Shown piece after piece: positions 52,895 to 64,000 of a stretch of 64,000 nucleotides of DNA. The notes under the pieces were generated by a model that ran no database searches, had not been told where the DNA came from, and worked only from the letters and a program-made list of their open reading frames with translations. The stretch's first letter is position 1; each line of letters starts with the position of its first letter. The position numbers were made by a program, and so were the translations under genes. Source of the stretch: Octopus sinensis (lineage: Eukaryota); assembly GCF_006345805.1 (NCBI RefSeq), contig NC_043023.1:16368001-16432000 (forward strand), written 5' to 3'.

Positions 52895-53596
52895 CATCAT
52901 CATCATTGTTTGACCGTGGTCAAGACAATGGAATTTACCATGCTACGCCAGACTTCACAGTCCATCATAGCATTACGGAGGTCCTGTTGCTGGATGCCTG
53001 TATCCCTGGAGATTACATCAGAGTAGGAGAGTGTGCGCCCTCTGGTATCGCGACCGTGATCGAGACAATGGAATTTACCATGCTACGCCAGACTTCACGG
53101 TCCATCATAGCATTACAGAGGTCCTGTTGCTGGATGCCTGTATCCCTAGAGATTACATCAGGGTAGGAGAGTGTGTCCCCTCTGGTATCGCGACTGTGGT
53201 CGAGACAATGGAATTTACCATGCTACACCAGACTTCACGGTCCATCATGGCATTACAGAGGTCCTGTTGCTGGATGCCTGTATCCCTGGAGATTACATCA
53301 GGGTAGGAGAGTGTGCACCCTCTGGTATTATGAGTAGATGGCTTCCAGAGGAGAAGAGCAGAAATTACCTCGTTTTCAGCTCTACAACAATGTCCAGCAA
53401 ACTGGACTCTTCTACCTTTTACAAGAGATGACACGGGTGGTAGTTTCCCATATATATGTACTTTGGTTGGATGATGCTTCCACAAGAGATTTTGAGCTCT
53501 CATAAGGAGGCGAGTGTAGGTTCCATCCAACCGCCTCTCAAGCTTCTTTGATAACATCCAGGTTTCTGAGCCATAGAGTAGAAAACTTGAAGACTT
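52895..53596 (-). mobile_element. RTE-like LINE 3' fragment with three 140-bp terminal repeats; TSD GAATTAGACAT
   Basis: [38 protein letters not shown] at 52884-52894 and 53597-53607. The same family is on + at 60973-61455. Confidence 0.85.
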
Positions 53597-53607
53597 GAAT
53601 TAGACAT

Positions 53608-56600
53608 AGAAGAATGAGAATCATTTCTTGACGAAGAACCAAATGAAGAGGAATCTGAAGAGAATTGAACCTGGTACCTCCAAGATGTTATCATGAAGAT
53701 TCCATAAAAAGATGCTCGTTGTGCCCCAGGTCAAAAGATCGTAAGACAAGAAATTGCTTCCAAAAGAAGAGAGTAAAGCTGAGGAAGAAATAAGAGATGA
53801 TGAGGGAGGAACTGAAGCAGATGGCATGTTGCAGACTTCACCAGATGATTCTTTAGAAGGAAGGGAAGAAGCTGATGATGAAGATGAACAGCAGACTTCC
53901 AGGAACAGAGAAAAACATTTTTGGGGCAAATCAAAATCAAAATTGCAATCGATCAACATCAATGGAATTTGTAGCTGTGATACCAGTGTCGATGGCACAT
54001 AAGGGAACCATCCGAACGTGGCCGTAGCCAGCGCCGCCCTGACTGGCCTCCGTGGTGGTGGCACATGAAAAGCACCATTCAAACGTAGCCGATGCCAGCG
54101 CTGCCTTGACTGGCTTCTGTGCCGGTGACACATTAAAAGCACCTACTACACCCACGGAGTGGTTGGCGTTAGGAAGGGCATCCAGCTATAGAAACACTGC
54201 CAGATCAAACTGGAGCCTGGTGCGGCCTGCTGGCTTCCCAGACCCCAGTTGAACCATCCAACCCATGCTAGCATGGAAAACAGACGTTAAACGATGATGA
54301 TGATGATAATGGAACTTTCTGGAAAGGAATTCCCCCATGCCTTCCACGGCATACACGTGCACAGAACAATTACCAGGATTCCCCAGGACCCAAGAGGAGC
54401 AGCAAAACCTGTGTCTGCTGTAAAGGTCTTTGTTTCTCAGACAAGAACTTCTGAATGAATTCGAAGCTTGCAGTAATATCTACATTGACAATAAACAACG
54501 AAAATATGAAGATAGGTAAAAAGAGACACTTAGGTGCAGGAGTGGCTGTGTGGTAAGTAGCTTGCTTACCAACCACATGGTTCTGGGTTCAGTCCCACTG
54601 CCTGGCATCTTGGGCGAGTGTCTTCTACTATAGCCTGGGGCCAACCAAAGCCTTGTGAGTGGATATGATAGACGGAAACTGAAAGAAGCCCGTCGTATAT
54701 ATGTAGGCGCAGGAGTGGCTGTGTGGTAAGTAGCTTGCTTACCAACCACATAGTTCTGGGTTCAGTCCCACTGCGTGGCATCTTGGGCGAGTGTCTTCTA
54801 CTATAGCCTGGGGCCAACCAAAGCCTTGTGAGTGGATTTGATAGACGTAAACTGAAAGAAGCCCGTCGTATATATGTAGGCATAGGAGTGGCTGTGTGGT
54901 AAGTAGCTTGCTTACCAACCACATGGTTCCGGGTTCAGTCCCACTGCGTGGCATCTTGGGCGAGTTTCTTCTACTATAGCCTGGGGCCAACCAAAGCCTT
55001 GTGAGTGGATTTGATAGACGTAAACTGAAAGAAGCCCGTCGTATATATGTAGGCATAGGAGTGGCTGTGTGGTAAGTAGCTTGCTTACCAACCACATGGT
55101 TCCGGGTTCAGTCCCACTGCGTGGCATCTTGGGCAAGTGTCTTCTACTATAGCCTCAGGCCAACCAAAGCCTTGTGAGTGGATTTGATAGACGGAAACTG
55201 AAAGAAGCCCGTCGTATATATGTAGGCGTAGGAGTGGCTGTGTGGTAAGTAGCTTGCTTACCAACCACATGGTTCCGGGTTCAGTCCCACTGCCTGGCAT
55301 CTTGGGAAAGTGTCTTCTACTATAGCCTCAGGCCAACCAAAGCCTTGTGAGTGGATTTGATAGACGGAAACTGAAAGAAGCCCGTCGTATATATGTAGGT
55401 GTAGGAGTGGCTGTGTGGTAAGTAGCTTGCTTACCAACCACATGGTTCTGGGTTCAGTCCCACTGCGTGGCATCTTGGGCAAGTGTCTTCTACTATAGCC
55501 TCAGGCCAACCAAAGCCTTGTGAGTGGATTTGATAGACAGAAACTGAAAGAAGCCCGTCGTATATATGTAGGCGTAGGAGTGGCTGTGTAGTAAGTAGCT
55601 TGCTTACCAACCACATGGTTCCGGGTTCAGTCCCACTGCATGGTATCTTGGGCAAGCGTCTTCTACTATAGCCTCAGGCCAACCAAAGCCTTGTGAGTGG
55701 ATTTTGTAGACGGAAACTGAAAGAAGCCCGTCATATATATGTAGGCGTAGTAGTGGCTGTGTGGTAAGTAGCTTGCTTACCAACCACATAGTTCCGGGTT
55801 CAGTCCCACTGTGTGGTACCTTGGGCAAGTGTCTTCTACTATAGCCTGGGGCCAACCAAAGCCTTGTGAGTGGATTTGATAGACGGAAACTGAAAGAAGC
55901 CCGTCGTATATATGTATATAAACGTGTGTGTTTGTGTGTCTATGTTTGTGCCCCCAACATCACTTGACAACCGATGCTGGTGTGATTACATCCCCGTAAC
56001 TTAGCAGTTCGGCAAAAGAGACCGATAGATTAAGTACGAGGCTTACAAAGAATAAGTCTTGGGGTCGATTTGCTCGACTAAAAGGCGGTGCTCCAGCATG
56101 GCCGCAGTCAAATGACTGAAACAAGTAAAAGATTAATGAAAGGGAGATGAAAGCTACAATAGGACTTCTTTATCTGTTGGGAGTTTTACAGGCAACCGAA
56201 CGAATATGGAAGATGTTTGGGCGGTACAGGAATTAAAAGTTTTCCAGCAACTATATCTTTGCAGAGGTTTCATTTCTTGCTGAGGGCTCTAAGGTTCGAT
56301 GACATCCATACCTGAGCTGAAAGGAGGCGAGAGGATAAGATTGCACCTTTTAGAAAGTCCTTTGAGAAATTTATGGCTAAGTGTATCTTGAATTATAATG
56401 TCTCAGTGTATGCGACAGTAGATGAAATGTTGGCTGCCTTTACAGAGAACTATCCATTTTAAACCAGCAAAATATGGCATAAAAATTTTTTATTTTGGCC
56501 GATGTTAAAACTTTCTATGCATCATATATGGAGGTCTACTTGGGGAAACAAGCAGAAGGCCCTTCTATAGGTAATTCAGGAGCAGCAGTGCTAGTGGAGG

Positions 56601-58114
56601 CGCAATGGTCCAATGGTTAGGGCAGCGGACTCGTGGTCAGAGGATCGCGGTTTTGATTTCCAGACCAGGCGTTGTATGTGTTTATTGAGCGAAAAACACC
56701 TAAAGCTCCATGAGGCTCCAGCAAGGGGTAGTGGCGACCCCTGTTGTACTCTTTCGCCCCAACTTTCTCTCACTCTTTCTTCCTGTTTCTTGTCCCCGAC
56801 TTCCTACGCAAACCACTGAGCCTGGATGCGCATTCATCCATCCGTCGATGCTCTCAGTGTCGGGGGTTGACCTGCTTTCTCTCCTGCGGGTCTTACGAAT
56901 AGCAAAGGACCACGTTTCGGACTTCTCCCACAAGGACGAAGATCGCTACACTCAACAGCAACAGCAGCAGTGGTAAAATGGTTGGGGTCTCATATAAAAG
57001 GGTCTGGAAGAAATATTACCATGGATAATTGGTTTACAAGTTATGGATTTAGAGTTAATCTCTTGGAGAATTATAGATTAACATTGGTTGACCCTTTCAG
57101 AAAGAACAAGATAGAACTTCCCCCTCAGTTTGTTGCCACAAGGAGGGGTAGGCCCCGTGGTGGATCAATTGTATTCCATGTACGATGTTTCCAGAAATAC
57201 TCGATGTTGGCCACTTACAGTTTTCTTCACCATACTCAATGTTGCAGGAATAAATGTATACAATATGTTCATGGCAAACCCTCAAACAGCTATCAGGGTC
57301 TGAAAGTTTCTGAGGGAATCAGGACTGAAGTTGGTGGAGGACCAAATTCATCATTGCAAGACAAAACCCATCCATATTTGAGGAAAGACATGGAAAATAA
57401 GATTCGACATTTCTCAGCATCTAAAGAATTACCTCCAAGATGGCATGTAAAAAGCACCATCCGATCGTGGCCGTTACCAGCCTCCCCTGGCACCTGTGCC
57501 GGTGACACGTAAAAAGCACCCACTACACTCATGGAGTGGTTGTCGTTAGGAAGGGCATCCAGCCATAGAAACACTGCCAGATCAGACTGGGCCTGGCACA
57601 GCCTTCTGGCTTCCCAGACCCCAGTTGAACCGTCCAACCCATGCTAGCATGGAAAGCGGATGCTAAACGACGATGATGATGATGTTATCATGAAGATTTC
57701 ATATAAAGATGGTCATTATGCCCCAGGTCAAAAGATCACAAAACAAGAAATTGCTTCCAAAAGTTCTCCAAGCCAATCTGCTTGCAACATGCGATGCACA
57801 TTTGCATCGACTTCTTTGCTCAGAGTGATGAGGATGAGAGTGCAAACAATGAGTAAACAGTGAATATGAAAGGACCACTCTCCCCTCCGTAAGATACTTT
57901 TATCTAGTTTCACTTTCATTTTCAAAGAGTACTCGCTCGTTTTTGTTTACATGTTAAACACATTATATCGGAATATGGTTTTTGGTAATATTATTGCTTA
58001 GGAACACATCTAAAGTCATAGAAAATACTAAAAAATAAGCTAAAACTATTAATGGGGTTCTCCATACCCCAACCACACCAATGATGAAAAATACAGAACT
58101 ACCCCACCAGTGGG
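53608..58114 (+). pseudogene. Decayed piggyBac transposon (transposase core ~56133-57430) with nested SINEs
   Basis: EMKATIGLLYLLG..RFHFLLRALRFDD..TVDEMLAAF..KPAKYGIK..RNITMDNWFTS..RCWPLTVFF, with stops and frameshifts. Right end ..CAGTGGG|TTAA at 58114. Confidence 0.85.
54531..56131 (+). repeat. 173-bp tandem array of SINE A heads (8 units, the last continuing into a full SINE)
   Basis: Units start at 54531, 54704, 54877, 55050, 55223, 55396, 55569 and 55742. Confidence 0.95.
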
Positions 58115-59524
58115 TTAAGATGGTTCATCATAAAGCCATTGGAAGACATTTTAAAATAGTTTTGCAGAGAACTTTGCAAGTTTCTTTGCTTGTGAATCAG
58201 TGGTCACGTCTACAAATGATGGTGTCCCTGAGTCTTGCGAAAATGATTCAGAAAACAATTATATATTTTTTGTCTATTCTAAATGATCTTGACATTGTTT
58301 TTGACTTTACATAAAATATTCTTTACATTCTACTGTTGTTCTATTGTCATTTATTTACAAGTATTATAAATTTTATTGGTAAAATATTTTTCTAGGAATG
58401 AATTACAATTTATAACATTGCTTCTATGGGAAATTATTGCTTTGCTTTATGAGTTTTCACTTTAGGAGCAATCTCCAGGAAGAAATTAACTCATATATCA
58501 AGGCATTATTGTATCTGACATTATTTTGGTACAAGGCCAGCAATTTCAGGGGAAGTAGTAAGTTGAATAACCACATGGATCAGCATGTGTGCTTTTTACA
58601 TGAACTAGCACAAATGCTTCTTACAGGGAGTGGCATTGCACGATATATCTATATATATAAAGCTGAAGTTGTCTGTGTGTGTGGCAGGTTTTGCAGCCTT
58701 CAACTAACACTATCTCTACTGAGACACTGTGATGTCATTTATTTACAAGTTTTATAAATTTTAGAGGTAAAAGATTTTTCTGGGAATGAATTAGGATTTA
58801 TAACATTGCTTCTAGAATACAGTTTTTGGTAATATTATTGCTTAGGAACACGTCTAAAGTCATAAAAAGTACTTAAAAAAATGGCTAAAACTATTAATGG
58901 GGTTCTCCATACCCCACTGCATTAATCATGAAAAAATACAGAACTACCCCACCAGTGTGTTAATATTTTATCATAAAGCCATTGGAAGACATTTTTAAGT
59001 AGTTTTGCAGAGTAAATATGGAAAAATTTTGCTTTAAGCTCAGCATATAACTTCTCGTAACTTCTATATTTTTAGGAATATTTGTTTTTGCATAATCGTA
59101 CGATTGTGATTATACAAGTAAAGAAACAAAATTGGTGCATGTTTTAAGGGCCATTTAGCTTACAGTAGTGTCCCCTTTTCCCTCTTTAGAATTTGAACCC
59201 ACAGCAGTATACAGCATTGACTTCACAGATCTTGCAAACTTTGATCCCCCATTTGCTATTTTGCCAAGCATGTACTGTGGGAAACATACTCTGCCTTTGT
59301 ACCTCACCCTACCCTCATAGATGGATAGGCATTTATGAGGGAATATCAGAATATGGTTTTTGGTAATAGTATTGCTTAAGAACACATAAAAAGTATAGAA
59401 ATAATGGCTAAAACTATTATATTAACATATAAACAAAAACAAATGAGTACTCTTTGAAAATGAAAGTGAAACTAGATAAAAGTATCTTATGGTTAGAGAC
59501 TCATTTATAAGCATTATGATGAAG

Positions 59525-59900
59525 GTCTTATTTTAAATAAGGGACCAGTTTGGTTCTCCACCTACTGGCCCACTACTAGTGTCTTCAGTGTAGGTATTGT
59601 GACAGTTTTAAAAATCCTGTCTCTATCTTGATACTGGAAACATACGGGTCTCCAAAAGCTTCTTTGCTACTCCAATCGTTTGCTATTCTGGGTAACTTGC
59701 TTATTCTCATTATTATATTTATAGCAGAAAATGCTTGGATTTCATCTAAGCATGTGGGTGGCCAGAAATGGTCCTTTCGACCGCATTGTTTATATTCTGT
59801 GTAGCAATGGTTCTGCACAGTAATTGCTTCCAACAAACTAGGAGGGAAAAAATAAAAGAAGGTCAAATGGTTTTGTCTCCTGGAAATCACTGTGACTAGG
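59525..59900 (-). pseudogene. Second piggyBac-type transposase fragment
   Basis: WPPTCLDEIQAFSAINIIMRISKLPRIANDWSS..FLKLSQYLH..PLFKIRP. Confidence 0.7.
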
Positions 59901-60698
59901 TCCAATCTCTTTTCTCTTTTTCTTTTTTCTCTTTTTACTTGTTTCAGTCATTTGACTGCAGCCATGCTGGAGCACTGCCTTTAATTGAGCAACTCGACCC
60001 CGGAACTTATTCTTTGTAAGCCCAGTACTTATTCTATCGGTCTCTTTTGCCGAACCGCTAAGTAACGGGGACATAAACACACCAGCATCGGTTGTCAAGC
60101 AATGCTAGGGGGACAAACACACACGCACATATATATATATATATACATATATACATCAGGCTTCTTTCAGTTTCCGTCTACCAAATCCACTCACAAGGCT
60201 TTGGTCGTCCAGAGGCTATAGTAGAAGACACTTGCCCAAGGTGCCATGCAGTGGGACTGAACCCGGAACCATGTGTTTGGTAACCAAGCTACTTACCACA
60301 CAGCCGCTCCTACACCTATATATATATATACATACGATGGGCTTCTTTCAGTTTCCGTCTACCAAATCCACTCACAAGGCTTTGGTCGTCCAGAGGCTAT
60401 AGTAGAAGACACTTGCTCAAGGTGACATGCCAGGCCATGTTGGAACAGTGTGGTTCAGATATACATTTATTACATATATATATATATATATATCATCATC
60501 ATCATCATCATCATTTAGCGTCCGCTTTCCATGCTAGCATGGGTTGGATGGTGCAACTGGGGTCTGGGAAGCCAGAAGGCTGCACCAGGCCCAGTCTGAT
60601 TTGTCAATGTTTCTACGGCTGGATGCCCTTCCTAACGCCAACCACTCCATGAGTGTAGTGGGTGCTTTTTACGTGCCACACGACGCTGGCAAACGGCC

Positions 60699-60754
60699 AT
60701 ATATATATATATATATATAATATATGTATATATATACATGTATATGTATGTATA

Positions 60755-60842
<88 letters not shown>

Positions 60843-60972
60843 CATGTATATGTATATATATACATGTATATGTAAATATATACATGTATACATATATATG
60901 TATGTATATATATATATATGTATGTATATATATATATATGTATGTATGTATATATATATATATATATATATA
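60699..60972. repeat. (TA)n/(TATG)n microsatellite
   Basis: Directly visible. Confidence 0.98.
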
Positions 60973-61464
60973 TGGAACCTACACTCGCCTCCTTATGAGA
61001 GCTCAAAATCTCTCGTGGAGGTGCCATCCAACCAAAATGCAAATATATGGGAAATTACCACCTGTGTCATCTCTTGTGAAAGGTAGAAGAGTCCAGTTTG
61101 CTGGACATTGTTGTAGAGCTGAAAAAGAAGTAATTTCTACTCTTCTCCTCTGGAAGCCATCTACTCGCAACACCAGAGGGCGCACACTCTCCTACCCTGA
61201 TGTAATCTCCAGGGATACAGGCATCCAGCAACAGGACCTCCGTAATGCTATGATGGACCGTGAAGTCTCACGCAACATGGTAAATTCCATTGTCTCGACC
61301 ACAGTTGCGATACCAGAGGGCGCACACTCTCCTACCCTGATGTAATCTCCAGGGATACAGGCATCCAGCAACAGGACCTCCGTAATGCTATGATGGACCG
61401 TGAAGTCTGGCGTAGCATGGGAAATTCCATTGTCTCGACCACGGTCGAACAATGATGAATGATG

Positions 61465-61594
61465 ATATATATATATGTATATATATACATGTATACATAT
61501 ATATGTATGTATATATATATGTATACATATATATATATGTATGTATATATATATGTATACATATATATGTAAGTATATGTATACATATATGTAC

Positions 61595-61633
<39 letters not shown>

Positions 61634-61970
61634 CATATATGTATATATATATATAAATGTATATATATATATATATGTGTGTGTATATGTAAATATATAT
61701 ATATATATATGTGTGTGTATATATATATGTATATATATGTACATGTATATATATGTGTATATGTATATATATATATATGTTTGTATATATATATATATAT
61801 GTATATGTGTGTGTGTATATATATATATGTGAGTATATATATGTACATGTATATATATGTGTATATGTATATATATATGTGTGTATATATGTGTGTGTGT
61901 GTGTGTATATATGTACATGTATATATATATATGTATATGTATATATATATGTATTTGTATATATACATAT
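61465..61970. repeat. (TA)n/(TG)n microsatellite
   Basis: Directly visible. Confidence 0.98.
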
Positions 61971-64000
61971 GTTCCTCGTTTAAGAAACAGATTGGGTTTA
62001 TTTACATTTCTGAAGAAAAAAAAGATACCCTTCTCCCCACCCCTAACCCTAAAACAGATTGAAATGCAATAGATCGATACTAGGCTCATAATTGTGGGTG
62101 ACAATTTCATATGACACCGCTAGAAAAAAACTGCCGTTCAAACCGAAAAGATCCGAACCTCTATATTTAGCCCCTTGTGGGCAATACCAAAAACCCCCCC
62201 CCAAAAAGTCCCAGGACTACCACGTGTAACTGATATTTTAACTGATTTCGAAATAACCCCAGGTGTGAATTAAAGAATTCTCTAAATGCAGAGTTACTTC
62301 CCCATTGTACGTTTTCCCGCAATATTTTTCATTCCCTGCCGTTGATGGACCCTCGCCTACATTATCACCTGTCTCGTTCGTTTAACAGATAATTAGCCAA
62401 CATTTAATTTAATAGACGTGATTGCTAATTAACAATATCAATAATTTATCTCCTGCATTCTTTACCACGTTGATCTTAATAATATAAATCAGCATTCATG
62501 GTAAAACCTAGAATTTCTTACGAAGCCATCATTCGCTTCCTTGGCTAAAGTTCTGACTGCCTCAACGTTCTGCGACTTCGTTGCCGGATCCTATATACCT
62601 ATTTCTTTACTACCCACCAGGGGCTAAACACATAGGGGACAAACAAGGACAGACAAACGGATTAAGTCGATTACATCGACCCCAGTGCGTAACTGGTACT
62701 TATTTAATCGACCCCGAAAGGATGAAAGGCAAAGTCGACCTCGGTTTAATTTCTGACTTGCTTGAACGTACTGCGACTTGTTCCTTGCTGGATCTCTATG
62801 TTACCTGCTTACTGTCATTGTCCACCTTGGATTTATTGTGATATCTTCCTCCTCTACACTGGGTCTATTATATAATACGTAAGTGTTATATTTATTCTGT
62901 CATTGTCTACCTTGGCTGGGCATCTCTCTCTAGATTTATCATTAATGTGTCAGTATTGCGCAGGAGTGGCTGTGTGGTAAGTAGCTTGCTTACCAACCAC
63001 ATGGTTCCGGGTTCAGTCCCACTGCGTGGCACCTTGGGCAAGTGTCTTCTACTATAGCCTCGAGCCAACCAAATCCTTGTGAGTGGATTTGGTAGACGGA
63101 AACTGAAAGAAGCCTGTCGTATAGATGTGTATATATATATGTGTGTGACTGTGTTTGTCCCTCTAGCATTGCTTGACAACCGATGCTGGTGTATATATAT
63201 GTGTTTGTGTGTCTGTTTGTCCCCACCAAAACCACATGGTTTCGGGTTCAGTCCCACTGCGTGGCACCTTGAGCAAGTGTCTGCTACTATAGCCTTGTCA
63301 GTGGATTTGGTAGACGGAAACTGAAAAGAAGCCCGTCGTATATATGTATATATATATATATATATATATACGTGTGTGTTTGTCCTCCTAACATTGCTTG
63401 AGAATTGCTGGTGTGTTTATGTCCCCGTTACCTAGCGGTTCGGCAAAAGTGACCGATAGAATAAGTACTGGGCTTACAAAAGAATAAGTCCCGGGGTCGA
63501 GTTGCTCGATTAAAGGCTGTGCTCCAGCGTGGCCGCAGTCAAATGACTGGAACAAGTAAAAGAGTAAAGAGAGAGTATTATTCACTTGAATTTTTTGTGT
63601 GTGTGTTCAGTAAATTATCGGAAAGAAACTGAAGGAGGAAAATAATTGTTTTAATCCATACACGGAAGGGTCTCACACAATGTAAATGCGAATTTAAAAA
63701 TTGGAATAACTAAGATGTTGGTACTATTTAAGAAGAGTGGTCCCGGTGCGCGCACTCGCACAAGCTAGTCGTGACTAGTCGATCCTAAAACGACTACCTA
63801 TCCTATAACAAATGTTCATAAAAATTCGGTTGAAAGTTTTTAGAAGAACGTAAAACGATGTTTTAAGAGTATGATGGGGGTACCAAAAACAGGTACTGTG
63901 TGTTGTTCTTATTTAATCTGTTGGATCTTTTCGGTTTGAACGACAGTGTTTTCTAGCAGTGTCATATGAAATTGTCACCCATAATTATGACCCTAGTATC

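Noticed and set aside
54531-55915. CRISPR-like appearance of the 173-bp and 147-bp arrays
   Set aside because: There are no unique spacers and no cas genes, and the units derive from eukaryotic transposons.
60613-62110. Tyr/Ile-rich long ORFs
   Set aside because: These are translations of (TA)n microsatellites.

Overview
Eukaryotic, AT-rich, repeat-dense genomic DNA, most likely from an octopus. This is inferred from the mollusc-type H2B N-terminus and SINE families resembling those described in Octopus; it was not verified by a search. About 7078-36102 is a tandem array of replication-dependent core histone genes with an ~11.5-kb unit (<H2B H2A> <H3 H4>, three gene sets, no H1 or 5S), and each gene has a 3' stem-loop. 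The spacers are made of transposon relics homogenised with the unit. The most striking is an L1/Tx1-like 3' fragment behind H4, flanked by an ~80-bp duplication that includes the H4 stem-loop, with a 2.15-kb foldback element (8-bp TSD) nested at its 3' junction. The array ends inside that foldback. At 44338-50514 there is a 4-coding-exon gene missed by the ORF track, encoding a 143-aa protein with a signal peptide, an atypical Ig-like domain and a GPI-type tail; two of its introns carry sense-strand hammerhead ribozyme motifs. The rest is SINEs, RTE/CR1 LINE fragments, piggyBac and pogo relics, Helitrons, MITEs, a 173-bp SINE-head satellite and (TA)n tracts. Family assignments are by eye from motifs and translations.
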